From NCBI GenBank assembly GCA_010909165.1, contig MU008172.1, positions 1,178,001-1,242,000 on the forward strand: a stretch of 64,000 nt of DNA, written 5' to 3'. Position 1 is the stretch's first letter. Each line of letters starts with the position of its first letter. Below the pieces are notes generated by a model, which worked only from the letters and a program-made list of their open reading frames with translations, made no database searches and was not told the DNA's origin. The stretch is from Anthoceros angustus (Eukaryota > Plantae > Anthocerotophyta). The position numbers and the translations under genes were made by a program. Shown here piece after piece: positions 1 to 12,199 of this stretch.

Positions 1-999
1 CCGAGACCCATTGGTAGGACGATGCTGATATGTATTGTCCCTGACCATCGACAAAGTGTTGCCAGAAAACAAACTAGGCTGCACTGAGAGAGTTTTGGAA
101 GTGTTCCAAGAGGACATATGCTCCTTCATCATTTCATTTTTGGAGATTACTGGCACAGTTGTGACATTTTCAACTTGCAGGTCTCTTAAGTCACCTAGTT
201 CACCTGCAGTGTCAAAGGGATAGTCACAAGCTTCATCTGTAGCACTCAGACTTGTGCACACATCTCCATTTGCACCATCATGCTCCTTCACTGCATATCC
301 GTTTCCACTTTCAGATAGAGTCACTGCCTTTGTAACCTGCACTGCATGATCAGCACTTCTTGTGGACACCCTGTCACTTATGTTTACCATACAAGTAACA
401 GGTGCCTCAACTGATGAGCTCCTATCTCTGTGGCCTGTGAGGGTTTCCAGCAACTTTAGACCCAGAAGAACCGTGACAGGGATGGGTGCACCTTCAACAA
501 GTGGCCTGTCAAAGAGAGCAAAGAGATTGCATAACCTGTGAAGAACTTCACAACCAACAATCAGCTCTGCCAAGTCATCCTGCATGACCAGCAACCTATC
601 ATCTGTACAATGGTGCCCCATAATTGCTGTGATTGATAACAGAAGACCTTCCAAGACCTCCCCCACTACTTCAAGCTTCTCCTCCACCAGTGTTCTTTCC
701 ACACATGATTCCTTCAAAGCAACATGGGAAGTAACTACTGCAGTAGCAGAACCTAGACTGCAAAAATTCTCCAAAGCAGTAGACAGCATGGGTACCAAAG
801 GAGGCAGGAGATTGCGGGCAATGAAATAACTACGGTTGACTGGTAAAGACAACAGAACCAAGAGGAGATGCAGCAGTGCAATGGTGCTTCTAGAAGTTTC
901 TGGTTTGCTACTCTGTGATGCTGGAAGAGCAGTTGCAACATAATCGAGAAGCGCAGCTTGCCGTGCAGCATGTAGTTCTGCTTCCTTGCCATCAAGATA
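1..999 (-). CDS. SCAPER-like protein, internal exon (runs off the window edge)
   Basis: Acceptor ...tgtgcag|TAT at 1000/999. The frame reads YLDGKEAELHAARQAALLDYVATALPAS...FALFDRP... with no stop down to position 1. This resembles the conserved C-terminal half of plant SCAPER-like proteins (recognised from memory). Confidence 0.85.
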
Positions 1000-1142
1000 C
1001 TGCACAGAAATTCAGGGAAGCATTACTCATGGTAGAAGAAAGCTCTATTGAAGAATAATTAGACAGCAGCATCTATGAATCGTACTTCCAGACATCAAAC
1101 ATGGTGAACCACAAGATAGATGAAGTGCGGAAGCTGACAAAC

Positions 1143-2945
1143 CTTCACAACTTCTCCAATAACTGATATTGGAACCCCTGCCTTCCTTGCATGTAGAGAT
1201 CTCTGCAAATCTTGCAGCAGCCTTCCTATCTTGCTGCGAGCTATGCTGGTGACTGAGTTTAAGCCAACTCCTGCACCTTCTGGACTGGTAGGAGGCTCCA
1301 CAAATTCAAACTTGCGAGCTGCAAGTCGCTGTCGGAGTCTCTTTACCCGTTTCTTCAAAGCCTGCTGACTTGACATGTTGCTGGCATCAGAGCCTGCATT
1401 TATCAGTCCACTGTTAGTCACTCCCTTGAATCTTCCTAAGCTTCCAGCATCCCTTTCAGCTGCGTCACTCTCTGTAGCTGGGCCAGAAGAAACTCTCAAT
1501 AAGCGATCTCCCCCCGATGCCAGCCTTGCAAATGCATCCCTAGATTTGCGAGAGGGAGAATCAGTCTGGAAATCTCTCCTCTTATCGCTTTTGTCAGGCT
1601 CAGTACCAGCCCTTTCTCTAATTTGCTCTAAGTAAACCTTCCGACGGGCAGAGCTTTCTCGAAGCTTCTCAGCAAGCCTTTGACCTAAAAGCATAGTCTC
1701 TTCTTCCTGAGCTTTTGCTCTTACTTCCTTCTTACGTACTTGCTCAACCGCACGGGCCTCACGAGCAGCACTTGCAGCTCTACGTTCCTCCTCCCTTCGG
1801 AGATTGGCCTCAGCCTTCTTACGCTGGGCATCAGCAATGCGCTGCAGTCGTTCTGCTTCAAGCAGTTTGCGGCGTTCAAGTGCAGCCTCTTCCTTGGCTA
1901 AGTCCTTCTGTTTGATCCTAATATTTTGCAGCCTTTCAGCTCTCCTTAGTTCTGAGTCCTGCAGCTTTTGCTGTAGGGACAGCTTTTTGTTCTCCTCATT
2001 CAATGAGGTTATGAACCGAACTTCACTGACTTTACTACTCTCATCACTGGCCCTCCTTGCAATTTGTGCCAAATGAGCTTCGTGACGTGATTCTCCCCGC
2101 TGCTGACGAGCATGCATGCCTTCTCTTAACCGGCTGCTTCGAACAGCTTGCCACTCAGTAACCCGATTGAGTTTCTCTGTTGTTCTCTGTAAGCGCATTA
2201 CCCTTTCATTCTCCAGTTCCAACCTCAACTTCGTTGCACGGGCCTGTTTCTCATCCACCTGCCTTTTCATCTCCAATGGGCTTTTCTTCTTCTTTTCTGG
2301 AGACATCAGCTTATCATGCAGTTCACGCACACTTTTTCTACCAGTGCTAGGTGATCGTGAAGGGCGGGATGAACTCCGTAATTGAGAGGTGAGGATGTCT
2401 TCCCAATTTCTCTTCTCCTTCCAAGCTTGAATAGCACTTTTGTTCCCACCAACTCTCCGCTCCCTGCCTGTGCTGCAGACTGTTCCAGCAGCAACATCGA
2501 GTGGATTGCTGGTGCTGTCATAAGATCTCTTGGAATTGGACCTTGCAGTCACCACTGCTGGATGCTCTGCAGCTTCCACACCCTTAACGGAACTGGATCT
2601 CTCACTCTGTTGACCACCAGGCACAGAAGGCAATCCAGGGACAGAAACTTCTGCCTGGCTTCCACTATCTTGAGAGCGACCATCCTCCTTTCCTTCACAC
2701 ACATCTGTTGCAGTATTCTCTGGCTGAACAGCCACTTTTCGTTTATCAGTCACAACTACTTCCAATGGCTTCCCTTGCTCAGGAAGGGGAGCACCTCTGG
2801 CAAAAGTGAGGAATCTGGCAGCATCACGTCTTTTCCCCCGAATTTCAACACCTTGATGCGATTCATCAGACTGCACTTTCTTAAACGCATCAAGAGAAGA
2901 CGAGAGTATGTCTGCCCAGCGAGGTGACGATGCCATGCGACGCAC
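1143..2945 (-). CDS. SCAPER-like protein, coiled-coil exon
   Basis: 616-aa ORF. Acceptor tgtag|GTG gives the WE|VRRM junction; donor AAG|gtttgt at 1143. Contains LHDKLMSPEKKKKS and a long E/R/K-rich coiled coil. 1803 nt, phase 0. Confidence 0.9.
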
Positions 2946-3137
2946 CTACATTCAGGAAAAGGACACACTTTATGACTACAAGCAAGATGCTAGCTGGGAT
3001 ATGAAACACCTCTTTTACTAGTATATCAAATGTTCAAACTACCCAGAAAGGTCATTATTCACAAGAAATCTATCACTACTGATCTGCTCAATGCACCAGG
3101 ATTTATTGTGAAAATAAGGAATCACTGCCAAGCTCAC

Positions 3138-4490
3138 CTCCCATGCAATTGCATGTGGCCGTTGGTGCTCCCCCCGTAAGAATCTTGCATTGAGTGCAGC
3201 ACCTGGATTCTGAAGTTCCCCACTTTCGACATTCTCGAATGTTTCTGCTCTTGCTTTCAGTTCTTGGAAATCAATCCCTGCGTCAGCTAATACAAGAAGC
3301 GCCTCATCCATTTGTTCAGTGTCGAATTCCAACTCACACATCAAATAGAGCTCATCGATTACCCTATTAAGATTTTCAAACAGGAAACACCAGAGCCGGT
3401 GTCGAAATCTTTCCTTGCTTTCAACCACTTCGTCCTGCCTGTTAGTTGCTGGAACACTTGACACCTTGTTTTCCATTGGTGGCACCTCAGCAGCAAATGT
3501 AGAGGGGTGTGATACTACATGTTCAGGGCCAGAAGCAGGACTTCTAAGCTTCAATTGGGAAAGAGAATCATCCACACTGAAAAGCTTTCGTGAGTCCATT
3601 CTTGCATAAATGCCTGCAAGCTGATTGTCCTTGCCTTGTAGCGTTTCATCCATCTCATTCTCTGGATTCTGAGTAGAATCACCAACCTTGTCCTCTAGAT
3701 AAACAACCCCTACAGCCGAGGAATGCAGCGGCACCGTATCTGAACCATCTTCAGCCAAAATACCAGGATGTATATATGACTTCCTTTCCCAGGTACTGGA
3801 CCTGTTGTCCCAGGATATACCAACTTCCTCCTCAAAACCCTGAAGCTGGTCAGAACTGTTGATACTTTCCTCCCCTGGCATGGTCTGCCTATGCTGTTGA
3901 TCTATAGAGTTACTTCTTTGAACAATCTCACTACCACTGAGCTCTGCAAGCTCTACTACCCTGCCTGCCTGCTCAGAACTAGAATTTGAAGAGGTTGCCA
4001 CCACATGATTATACTGACAACCAAAGGCCGCTTTTGCCACAGTTTGTGTCACACTGCTCTCCGCATCCGAATGCGTGGTTTTCAAATCCTCTTCATCAAG
4101 ATCCCCCCATCTAAACTGGGGTATGTCATTTCCAGGTCGCTTACCAGGTATGCTGGAATTCTGTCTGCTCTCCCTCTGCGATGTATCAACTCCAGCAGCA
4201 TCAAGTAGACCTGTACCCAGAGTATCACATGCACAAGCTGCTTCTGTTGCAGGTGACAGATAAAAAATGTTGCTATCTGGACTATTGCCTTCTTTTCCAG
4301 GGAATGTATTCAGTTGACTGTCGTCATTAGCCTGTTGAGGTGATAAAGCTATCATTATAGGACTGTCATCTGATGCATCAGCTGCAACAGACTCAGGCCT
4401 TCTGGCTTGTGAGCTCCTCTTTGATTCAATGGCGCCTCTGCTCGCCATGTTACCTCTAGTGCCCAAGAACTTGCTGGATGACTTACACTT
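3138..4490 (-). CDS. SCAPER-like protein, exon with the SCAPER N-terminal motif
   Basis: RHRLWCFLFENLNRVIDELYLMCELEFD...PHAIAWEV matches the SCAPER_N motif. Acceptor ctgcag| at 4490, donor GAG|gtgagc at 3138. 1353 nt, phase 0. Confidence 0.9.
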
Positions 4491-4769
4491 CTGCAGAATC
4501 AACCCAAACAAGAGCTGAAACTGTTAGGGAGAAATATACCATCCCACGTTTAGCAAACACAATTCCTAATCAATCACCTACCACACATACCGCCATGTAC
4601 GTGGCGGGACCTTCCAAGTAGATATCAAGCTTAACAGGGCTCAGAAGAAGTCCCAAAACGAGCAAATCATCACTTTGACGAATCTTGAACCGATGTCAAT
4701 CCGAGAGCTTAAACTGTTCAAACTAGTTTTTGCAACAAAAAAGAAGCTTTACAGCGGACTTTAGATCAC

Positions 4770-4965
4770 CTTCTTAACGTCCATCCAGCCTGAGCCCAGA
4801 CAATCAACCACTCCTTTCTCATGACTTGGCGCAACCTCAGGTTCACCAGCTTCTTGATAACTCTCTGCAGAACCTCGACCATGACGGCCATCCTCAGGAG
4901 AGGAGCCAGTGCCAGCCCCTGATGCGAAATCCACCAATAACACCGGCCTTTCGCATAAGCTACTC
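4770..4965 (-). CDS. SCAPER-like protein, exon 2
   Basis: Ends GSGWMDVKK|gtgatc and splices to KCKSSSKF, resembling the GSGWxxVKKK motif of plant homologues. Acceptor ttccag| at 4965 is inferred. Confidence 0.7.
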
Positions 4966-5379
4966 CTGGAAGTGTAGGACAAATCAGAGAAACTTGCATG
5001 AGGTGCGGTTGAAGGAAAAAAGAGACATTTTGCAAGTTTGTGTGTCATAAATGCACGACCTGGAAGCACTCAAAACCTTTTGAGGAAAATAATGACGAAC
5101 GTAGCCAAATTTGTGATAAAATCTCCTATGACCCGAGTTTCAAATTCTGAAGCCCTGGTGGCCCAGGTGAAATTCGCAAGAAGACTAGAAGCATTTATGC
5201 AGTCCGACAACATGACCTGGCATTCCCATAACAGATGCGATGTGCAAGACTGGTCAATCCAGCACATCCTACACATAAACATACAGGAAGATAAAGGGCG
5301 CAATGAATCCAGACTGTCAATGTAAATGGTGATAAGGAAGGGAAGGCTGTTTGCTCCCATGGTCCAGATTGAAACTCAC

Positions 5380-5456
5380 CGCTTCCGTGATCCTTTTCGG
5401 AAGCAACCGGACACATGCAAGGAATGGCCACAACCTGTATCCAGGAACTGACCCAT
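5380..5456 (-). CDS. Putative first coding exon of the SCAPER-like gene
   Basis: ATG at 5456 (MGQFLDTG...), donor CG|gtgagt at 5380. Its phase (77 nt) complements the 196-nt next exon. No homology support. Confidence 0.4.
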
Positions 5457-6647
5457 AGGGAACTGCGAATCACAGAAACGTACAAGACCACAAACCTGAG
5501 CTTCCACACAGCAACCGAAAGTCAGGCATGATCATCCAACGGGTAAGATCCGCGCCTGACTGGCAGATGCCGTGTGGAAGCTCTGTTTTGCAGCACACTC
5601 TCTTAAGCATCGTAAGGTAACGTGATTGATAGCCACTAGATTTGAAAAGAGCAATCGGCCAGTAAATCAAAACGATCCCTAGTGACACGAAGCCTGATCA
5701 AGCTCAAACGGCCTGCCAGGTCCCCAACAAGGATCGCAGAGTTGCCGACGTCTACCGACAGAAACATGAACTTTTAACGCTTGAAAACAGTGGGTAGAGA
5801 GGGAAGGATAACCATTTGGATGAGGACACTGCATCTCTGGTGCATTCCACCATACGCATTGTCGGCCTCCTTTCATAAACTCTGGCTCAATCTACCACTC
5901 ACCGCAGGTGGTGTCTGTTACCTCTGATGTCCCTGCTTGTGTCCGCTGAGAGAGTGCAAGTTTCCCCCAAAACAGTTGTCGATTAGTTTTGAGATTTAGT
6001 TTCATCGGCTGAAGCGATGAATGAGTAAGCTATAATCTTAGCTTCAGAAGATACGCAATCAACTCACCAACATTAAGGACCTAGTGCAAATCGAGACTGG
6101 CACTTCCACGCGTAAGAAGATACAAGGACACTCACCTAACTCGGCTGAGGCAAACTGTGATAAAATGTCACAAGCATGACATTATCAGCTTCAGATGACG
6201 GATGAGTGCAAAGGTGTAGCACGCAGTCCCGAAAACATCAGAGCTGTCCGGACTCTGCAGCTGGATGCCCATACAGGTCAATTCCATGGAAGGACGAGGA
6301 TCGACAGGGTGTGCCAAGCATGGAGCACGACTTGCTGCACGGAAGAGAAAGGGACCACCGGTGACCCAAGCTGCGCAATTGTGCGGACCAGAATGCATCT
6401 CACTCATGGAGAGGAGCGGGTCCCCGAACTTGCAGATCAGAGAGACGGATAAACAGTGTGCTTGCAGGGGAAACGGGGTGCCAGCAGTGGCCTCACTACC
6501 TTTTGTGGGTGACGACAGCGGCGACTTTGCAGCGCGTCGACTGTATAAATAGACGCAATAGGCGTCATTGTTGAATTTTTTTAATATTATTTAGTTCTCA
6601 CGAATCAAAGTAAAAATTGAAGTATAACAAAATACTTACCTATAATA

Positions 6648-7310
6648 ACACCCCTCACTACGCAGCTAGTAAGGAAGCGACAAGTGCTAGCTTCCCAGCG
6701 GTCTAGGACCTCGCCAATTCACTCCACAAGAGACTAGCACGATTCTCAACGCTCTCAACCTCACAACACAGCACTAGGCTCCAAGTAGCCCGCCGTCCAC
6801 TGACGACTCGCAGGCCACCTCCTCGAGGTGCTGCTCTTTATTGCAAGAATACAAGCGATGGAATCGCATTCACGCCCATCAGCACGCCCTTGATTCCATG
6901 ACAAGCTCACTAGCTAGCTCTCCACAGCTCTCTCAACACAAGGCTTGCAGCGCACACTTGCCTACTCTCTCAAGAGTGAGTAACTTGTAACTTGTTTCTC
7001 AAAGCCCTTGCTCTAGCCCTTATATATCCATTTAAAGTCTAGGATTCACATACCACCACTAATCACTAAGAGTCCTCTCTAGGCAACTCTTCATTTGTGG
7101 TCACAGCAATTCCTTTCTAACAAGAGATTGCATGAAGCATGCAACACATGCATCTTCTTAACAGGGCAGCTACTAACTTACCTTTTTACCTTTTTCAACT
7201 TTTCACCTTTCTACCTTGTTTCACCAGTGCCGTTACTCCTATTGGATTTAAAATCCACTTGGATACCCCATAGTAGATTTACGGGTCCCGGTCCGCAGTG
7301 GCACGATGCG
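6648..7310 (-). repeat. LTR-like sequence, probably a 3' LTR
   Basis: On the minus strand, a polypurine tract AAAGAGGGGAGG (~7311-7322) is followed by a TATATAAGGG box and AATAAA. Termini are imprecise and no partner LTR is in the window. Confidence 0.4.
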
Positions 7311-7538
7311 CCTCCCCTCTTTCACAACCACCATGTGACCAGGGCGACCCGGTCCATCTTCATCGCCCGACCTCCTCCTTTCTTTTGCCCATTACGGCCT
7401 TCTTTGCCTTCCGTTGTTCCTGCCACGTCGACGGTGACTACACCGCTAGCTGATTTTAGTGCGCTGCGCACCGGCAATAGGAAGCAAAGCCCGTCAAGGA
7501 TCCGGCTGGTAAAAGAATATTGCAGCATTTGCCGAAAG

Positions 7539-8216
7539 TGAAGGAAGCCAGAATTTACAACCCTAGATAATTCAAGATAAACATACACAATTTTGTAGTT
7601 TGCGAGTCACGGCCCTAAGTGCCCTCTCAACGGCTCTAGGAGATTTAGTTCTTCTATGCCGGATGTGGATTTTTCCTAAGTTATGATTGAGATGGATGGG
7701 AGGCTAGCCGGAGATTTGGTTCTTCTCTATGCCAGTCGGTATATGGATTTTCCCGGAAGTTATGATTGAGATGGATGGGACTCATGCGAGTTGTAGCTAT
7801 TTATGAGAATGAACAAGATCCGAGAACTTGACAAGGGAAACCAGCCATCAAGTCGGGGTGAAGAAGAAGTACTTTACATCGTAGGATGTTTGCGGGGACG
7901 CAAACAAGTAGGGAGAGGAGCATGTGGAACGGAATAGTTTGGTTACCAAAGTTTTGAAGGATCGTATGGCAGCACATGATGGTGGAAAGAGGAGAGGAGA
8001 GGAGGAGGCAAGTGTAACTCTCTCACATTGAGATGAGGCTTGGAGGGTATTTATACCCTCCAATAGGGCTCCCTAGGAAGCTCCACAAGAAGCCACTAGG
8101 AAGGAGCACAAGAAGCTTCCTAGTGATTAGCTTAAGCTAAACTAATGATACTTAATTGACACCTAACTTAGACTAAGTGAATTAGTCTAAGTACATTGGG
8201 CTTTAATACCCTTACA
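7539..8216 (-). repeat. LTR-like sequence
   Basis: TG...CA termini (minus strand TGTAAGGG...CCTTCA). TATAAATA lies inside an 8-bp inverted repeat (8043-8062). There is an internal ~70-bp tandem duplication (7638-7780). The adjacent 8290-8390 resembles 40690-40790. Confidence 0.45.
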
Positions 8217-8599
8217 AGTTTTTTGGCAAAACGCGAAAGGACTTGAGGCAAGCATCGAAAGATTCTGGTAGGGAAGTTTTGTGCGGATGGTTGAAGGAAT
8301 AATGACTTCCGTCTAGGTAGGACGTAGGTAGGCCGTAGGAGTCCTAATAGGCAGGATCGCATCTCGAGATGCAATAGATAGGTAGTCCATCTACTTGTTA
8401 GGCTAAGTCCTTGTGAGCACCTTTGCCATTGGAACTCCCCCATAGCGAGCAATTAAGGTAGGGAGAGATTTTGGATTTTTCCGTCTACGGCATGGGCAAT
8501 TTTGTTTGTGAAGTAAGTGATATTTTGATCATCCCCACCTGCAGGGGCAACGTCCTCCATAGGAACAACTTGAGTACTATGATCAGTGGAGTGTTGCTC

Positions 8600-9100
8600 G
8601 TAGCCTGTTGAATGCAAATGCTATCCATGTTCTGGCGACTAAAGTGGCATATCGCTCAAGGGGTTTCATCCTCTCTCTCGAGGAGCGCATCCCAACAAGG
8701 CATTACAAAATGCACCACCACCTGGCCTTCTTGACATCCGGGTGCTAGAGCTACTATGCCTTGGGAAAGTGAATTGGGCCTTGTGGTCTCTTCAATATCT
8801 GTAAAGCCGCATTGTATCGACAAATGTAGACCCACTGACATCTCGGTGCATGGACGAAGGGTTCCTCTCTGTTGAGTATTCAAACCATTGGATGACAAGA
8901 ACAAAGACCGTAAACTCAGCAAACTCGAACGGCACCTCGAAAATCTCCTCAATCCGCCCGTACAACTCTACAGGCTGGTCTTCCATGTTAAACGTGCCGA
9001 AGACCCAACTGCCCTATGTGCCTTTCCGGTTTGCATCGCCAGATTTGGTGCGGAAGTGGTACCCCATCGTTTCCAATCCCCCAAAGGTGTTCACCCTTAA
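8600..9100 (-). pseudogene. Degenerate CACTA/EnSpm transposase C-terminal (DUF4216-like) fragment
   Basis: Across frameshifts: GYHFRTKSGDANRKGT, LYGRIEEIFEVPFEFAEFTVFVLVIQWF, SGSTFVDT and PD.KKARWW. These resemble the GYRFHT / YYGRIEEI / W motifs of CACTA transposase C-termini. Confidence 0.5.
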
Positions 9101-9751
9101 CCAAGGACCTGTCACGATGGCTCAAATGTCATTGTAGCCCTCCACCCCTGCCCATCTGCCATTGCGGATGCCGCCTCCAACCAATCGAGTAGTGTTCCAT
9201 CATCGTGACCTTCGACATTGATGTGGGAGGAAAATCACGGGGCTTCCGAGATTCCCCCTCTAGCGGCCACACTTATCCCACTGTTGTTTCATACGTTGGG
9301 TTTCGTCCCATTAGACTTGTGTGAACGATCGGATCTTGGGAAATCGATCACTGCCTACAGCTACACACTACCTCAACCCCCTAAACAAGCAAGGCGCCCA
9401 CTACTCTCCCCCTTACAGCAGATGCACCACCTACAATGCTCCGAAAATTCACCAAACCTCGACCTACAACGACACCACACAATTGCAGGTCATGCCTTAG
9501 CAGTAAGGAGTCTGCCACAGGCGTCCAAGGAACCCCTGACCCACACCGCAATTTCGTCCCTACTCCAAGACCAATCTTCTCGACATGTGGAGCCTCATCT
9601 GCAGAGATTTTGGGATCATTCCGTAGGGCTCTGCCTATGGCCTTCCGCTTTTCCTACACTCTAATCTTCCTCACAACCTTCTCAATCAACAACGCTCTCT
9701 CCTTCTCTACTCATCTAACCTCCCTTCTTCTACGACCTCCTATTCTAACAC

Positions 9752-10318
9752 TGTCAAGGCTCACATTTAATCGCCCTTACGGCACAACTGCCTGGGGTCC
9801 GTGCGGAAATTAACCAGATCTTCCTTGGGCCGGTTGCTATGTGGTTTGTACTAGACAATGAGAACCTCCAGGAGTCTTTCCTGCGGTCACCCTCAGCCGA
9901 GAGTTCCTTGAGCATTGCCACACACTCAAAGCAAAACAATTCACACAAGAACCATTCACAAGGGAGAGTGGGCGGGCGCTGCGAGCAAGCCCTCCGCCCA
10001 AAGATCTCAGGCCGTCGTGCTCCTCTCACCGTGTTACGTTGAGCTGCTGGTAGGCACGAATTCTCACACAGCTTAAGGACCTTGGAGGATGGAGTGCAAG
10101 ACACAATACTTTACTTTGTGAAATCCTCCTCCTCTTATAGGAGGACCTCCACATACAACCTCCCTTGGGTGCGCCCACTACAGGCCACCTTTCCCAATAT
10201 TTTATTATTTCCTACCGCCAGTATTTAAGTCCTGGCATCCAAGTCTACTATCTGATCCTAGGTTAATTCTATTCTAGCAAGTTCACCTATGTCAACCTTT
10301 AAATAACTTCACCCTACA
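9752..10318 (-). repeat. 3' LTR of a truncated LTR retrotransposon
   Basis: TG...CA termini, a PPT GGGAAGGATAGGAGG immediately 5' on the minus strand (10319-10333), and a TATAAGAGG box. The internal region is cut off ~40 bp upstream by a CACTA end. Confidence 0.6.
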
Positions 10319-10357
10319 CCTCCTATCCTTCCCACTTCCCAAAGCACATTAATGTTC

Positions 10358-10480
10358 CACTAGTAGAAACATGGTGTCCATGTTATGGGTTTTTGACACA
10401 GTTTTTGTTACGGCCCTCTAGAATGTTACATTTTTTGCTTCGAGCATAGGCTTTGCATACAAGCCTGCCTTTGTTACACC
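10358..10480 (+). mobile_element. CACTA-type transposon terminus
   Basis: CACTAGTAGAAAC at 10358, followed by repeated (t)gttac(a) subterminal motifs. Confidence 0.65.
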
Positions 10481-10729
10481 TGTATATAACACTATTCCCT
10501 TCCCGGGCGGGTGCATTGTGTTCCTATTACCCGCACTCCCCGTCTTTTCGCACTTAGAAGCTTATAATACTATTTTTCCCATTAAGTTCATCCTTCCACC
10601 CCTTTCAATATTCTGGGCCCATGTGTATGCGAGGCGATTCGAGGACCTCAATACGAATCGTGGCGCATGAGACTAGGCTGGTTTCCTCTTTGTGGATATT
10701 TTACCTCTTGTGCGTGACATTAATGTAGT

Positions 10730-11640
10730 GGGTCATGATCGTCCAGGTTTAAAGAGTGCACTGAAGTTGCGGGCTCTTGCCGTCACGGGTCGCCTTAGAT
10801 GATGCGCCAGGGCCGGAGAACCGGATTTCCCGATTGTAGTCTTCTTTTGAAGTGCCTTCAACACATCGATGGCATCCGTCGTGTACGCCCCACTGGCATT
10901 CGATACGTCTGTATAGGGCATACATGGCCGTGTGCCAGCTAGCAAATGGAGACCTGATGGCCATTAAGGCCGGCACGTGTGTATGCACGGCCCTCCACGG
11001 CCCGACATGTACCTCTGTATGTCCTTGCCCATCACCATGCTATGGTGAGTCATGCCTAATTCGAACCGGTGGCCAAAAGTTTTGACGCCGGTGTGCCAAG
11101 GAGGCCATGGATCGTGTGATGATATGCAGCGAGTATGAGGACTACGCGTATCGCCTGCCTCCCGCGTCTTGGAATACCAACTTTTGGCCTCCACGACAAA
11201 CAACATGGCAATGGTGGACGGCAGTGGGAGCATTGCAATGAATTGTGCCTCTTTCTACACAGCTGTGCACACTGCAGGAACACGCAATAAGACATTCCTC
11301 AAGCTAGAGGAAGTACTTACACTTTCAGCGACCCACCACGACCGAGAAAGTAAGGCTGCATGCCCAGCGGGTGTGGATAATTTCGTGCTGATTTTGGCGG
11401 TGTGAGGGTTATTACCTTTTTCTATACTGCCGTGCGGCGAAGCATGCATTACACATCAAGTTTTTGACTTGAAGTGTGCACAAGAAACTCGCCTTCAAAA
11501 ACCTCCACGCTCATAGGATCGGCCAGGCACTTTATTCGGAATAGGTATGCATGCGATCGACCAGCGATGAGCCCATACAGTAGCCCTCCAGCCAAGGTGT
11601 AGCACGCCTCGACTATCATTTCTTTGCCTCAAGAAAGGAA
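10730..11640 (-). pseudogene. Degenerate KDZ (Kyakuja-Dileera-Zisupton) type transposase
   Basis: Reconstructed across frameshifts: MCNAC..., VVCR(H)GQKLVFQDA.GGRRYA (cf. CRHG...GE.YAY), WHTAM...CQ..C.GAY and TTIG(E)SG.P.(W)AH (cf. H...C...GAG.T.GE..E). Confidence 0.5.
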
Positions 11641-12199
11641 AATGCCCTTACTCATTGCACATGAAATCGTGCATAGCAAGCCGCGCTCCACCATTGGTAA
11701 GTGAGCAATGCAGTGCGAAACTTGTGGAAGTTTGCATTGTCCACTTGTTGCTTCATGTGGACAACGAACTCTCCTTGGGAATAGGAAAATGAGTTAGGCT
11801 TTGTTTTTGTAGTGCAGTGCAAAATAAAGCGGAAAGGAAGAAATAAGTCAAAGTTCTCTGCATACTCGGACTGCACTCGGGAGTGGGTGGAAGGACTCGG
11901 AGCACACTTGAGGAACTCCAGACCACAAGATGTATCGGGATAAGTCCGGACACACTCCCGGGAGGCCGAGATAAGTCGCCAAGTAAAGTAACTTAGAAGT
12001 TGGGCGTGATTTAGGCAGGCGAAATACGTGGATGGTGCAGTGGTAGAGCGGGCATGTGACCGGGACCGAGGGTTGCCGATGGCGGGTTATAGTATTCACG
12101 CCCAGGTGCATTCAGCATAAGGTTAAATCTGTGGCGGCGTAAGGCCAGTAAAGTGGGCGTAAGGCGGGAGTGACCATGCAGACCTCACAGATTATAGGC

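Noticed and set aside
1375-2927. Plus-strand ORFs overlapping the SCAPER exon
   Set aside because: They are antisense shadows of a repetitive coiled-coil coding sequence.
6544-6551. TATA box for the SCAPER-like gene
   Set aside because: The canonical TATAAATA is on the opposite strand and there is no TSS evidence.
8043-8062. Hairpin GGAGGGTA-TTTA-TACCCTCC as a terminator or rolling-circle origin
   Set aside because: It is centred on the TATA box of an LTR-like sequence, and no Rep/HUH gene is nearby.
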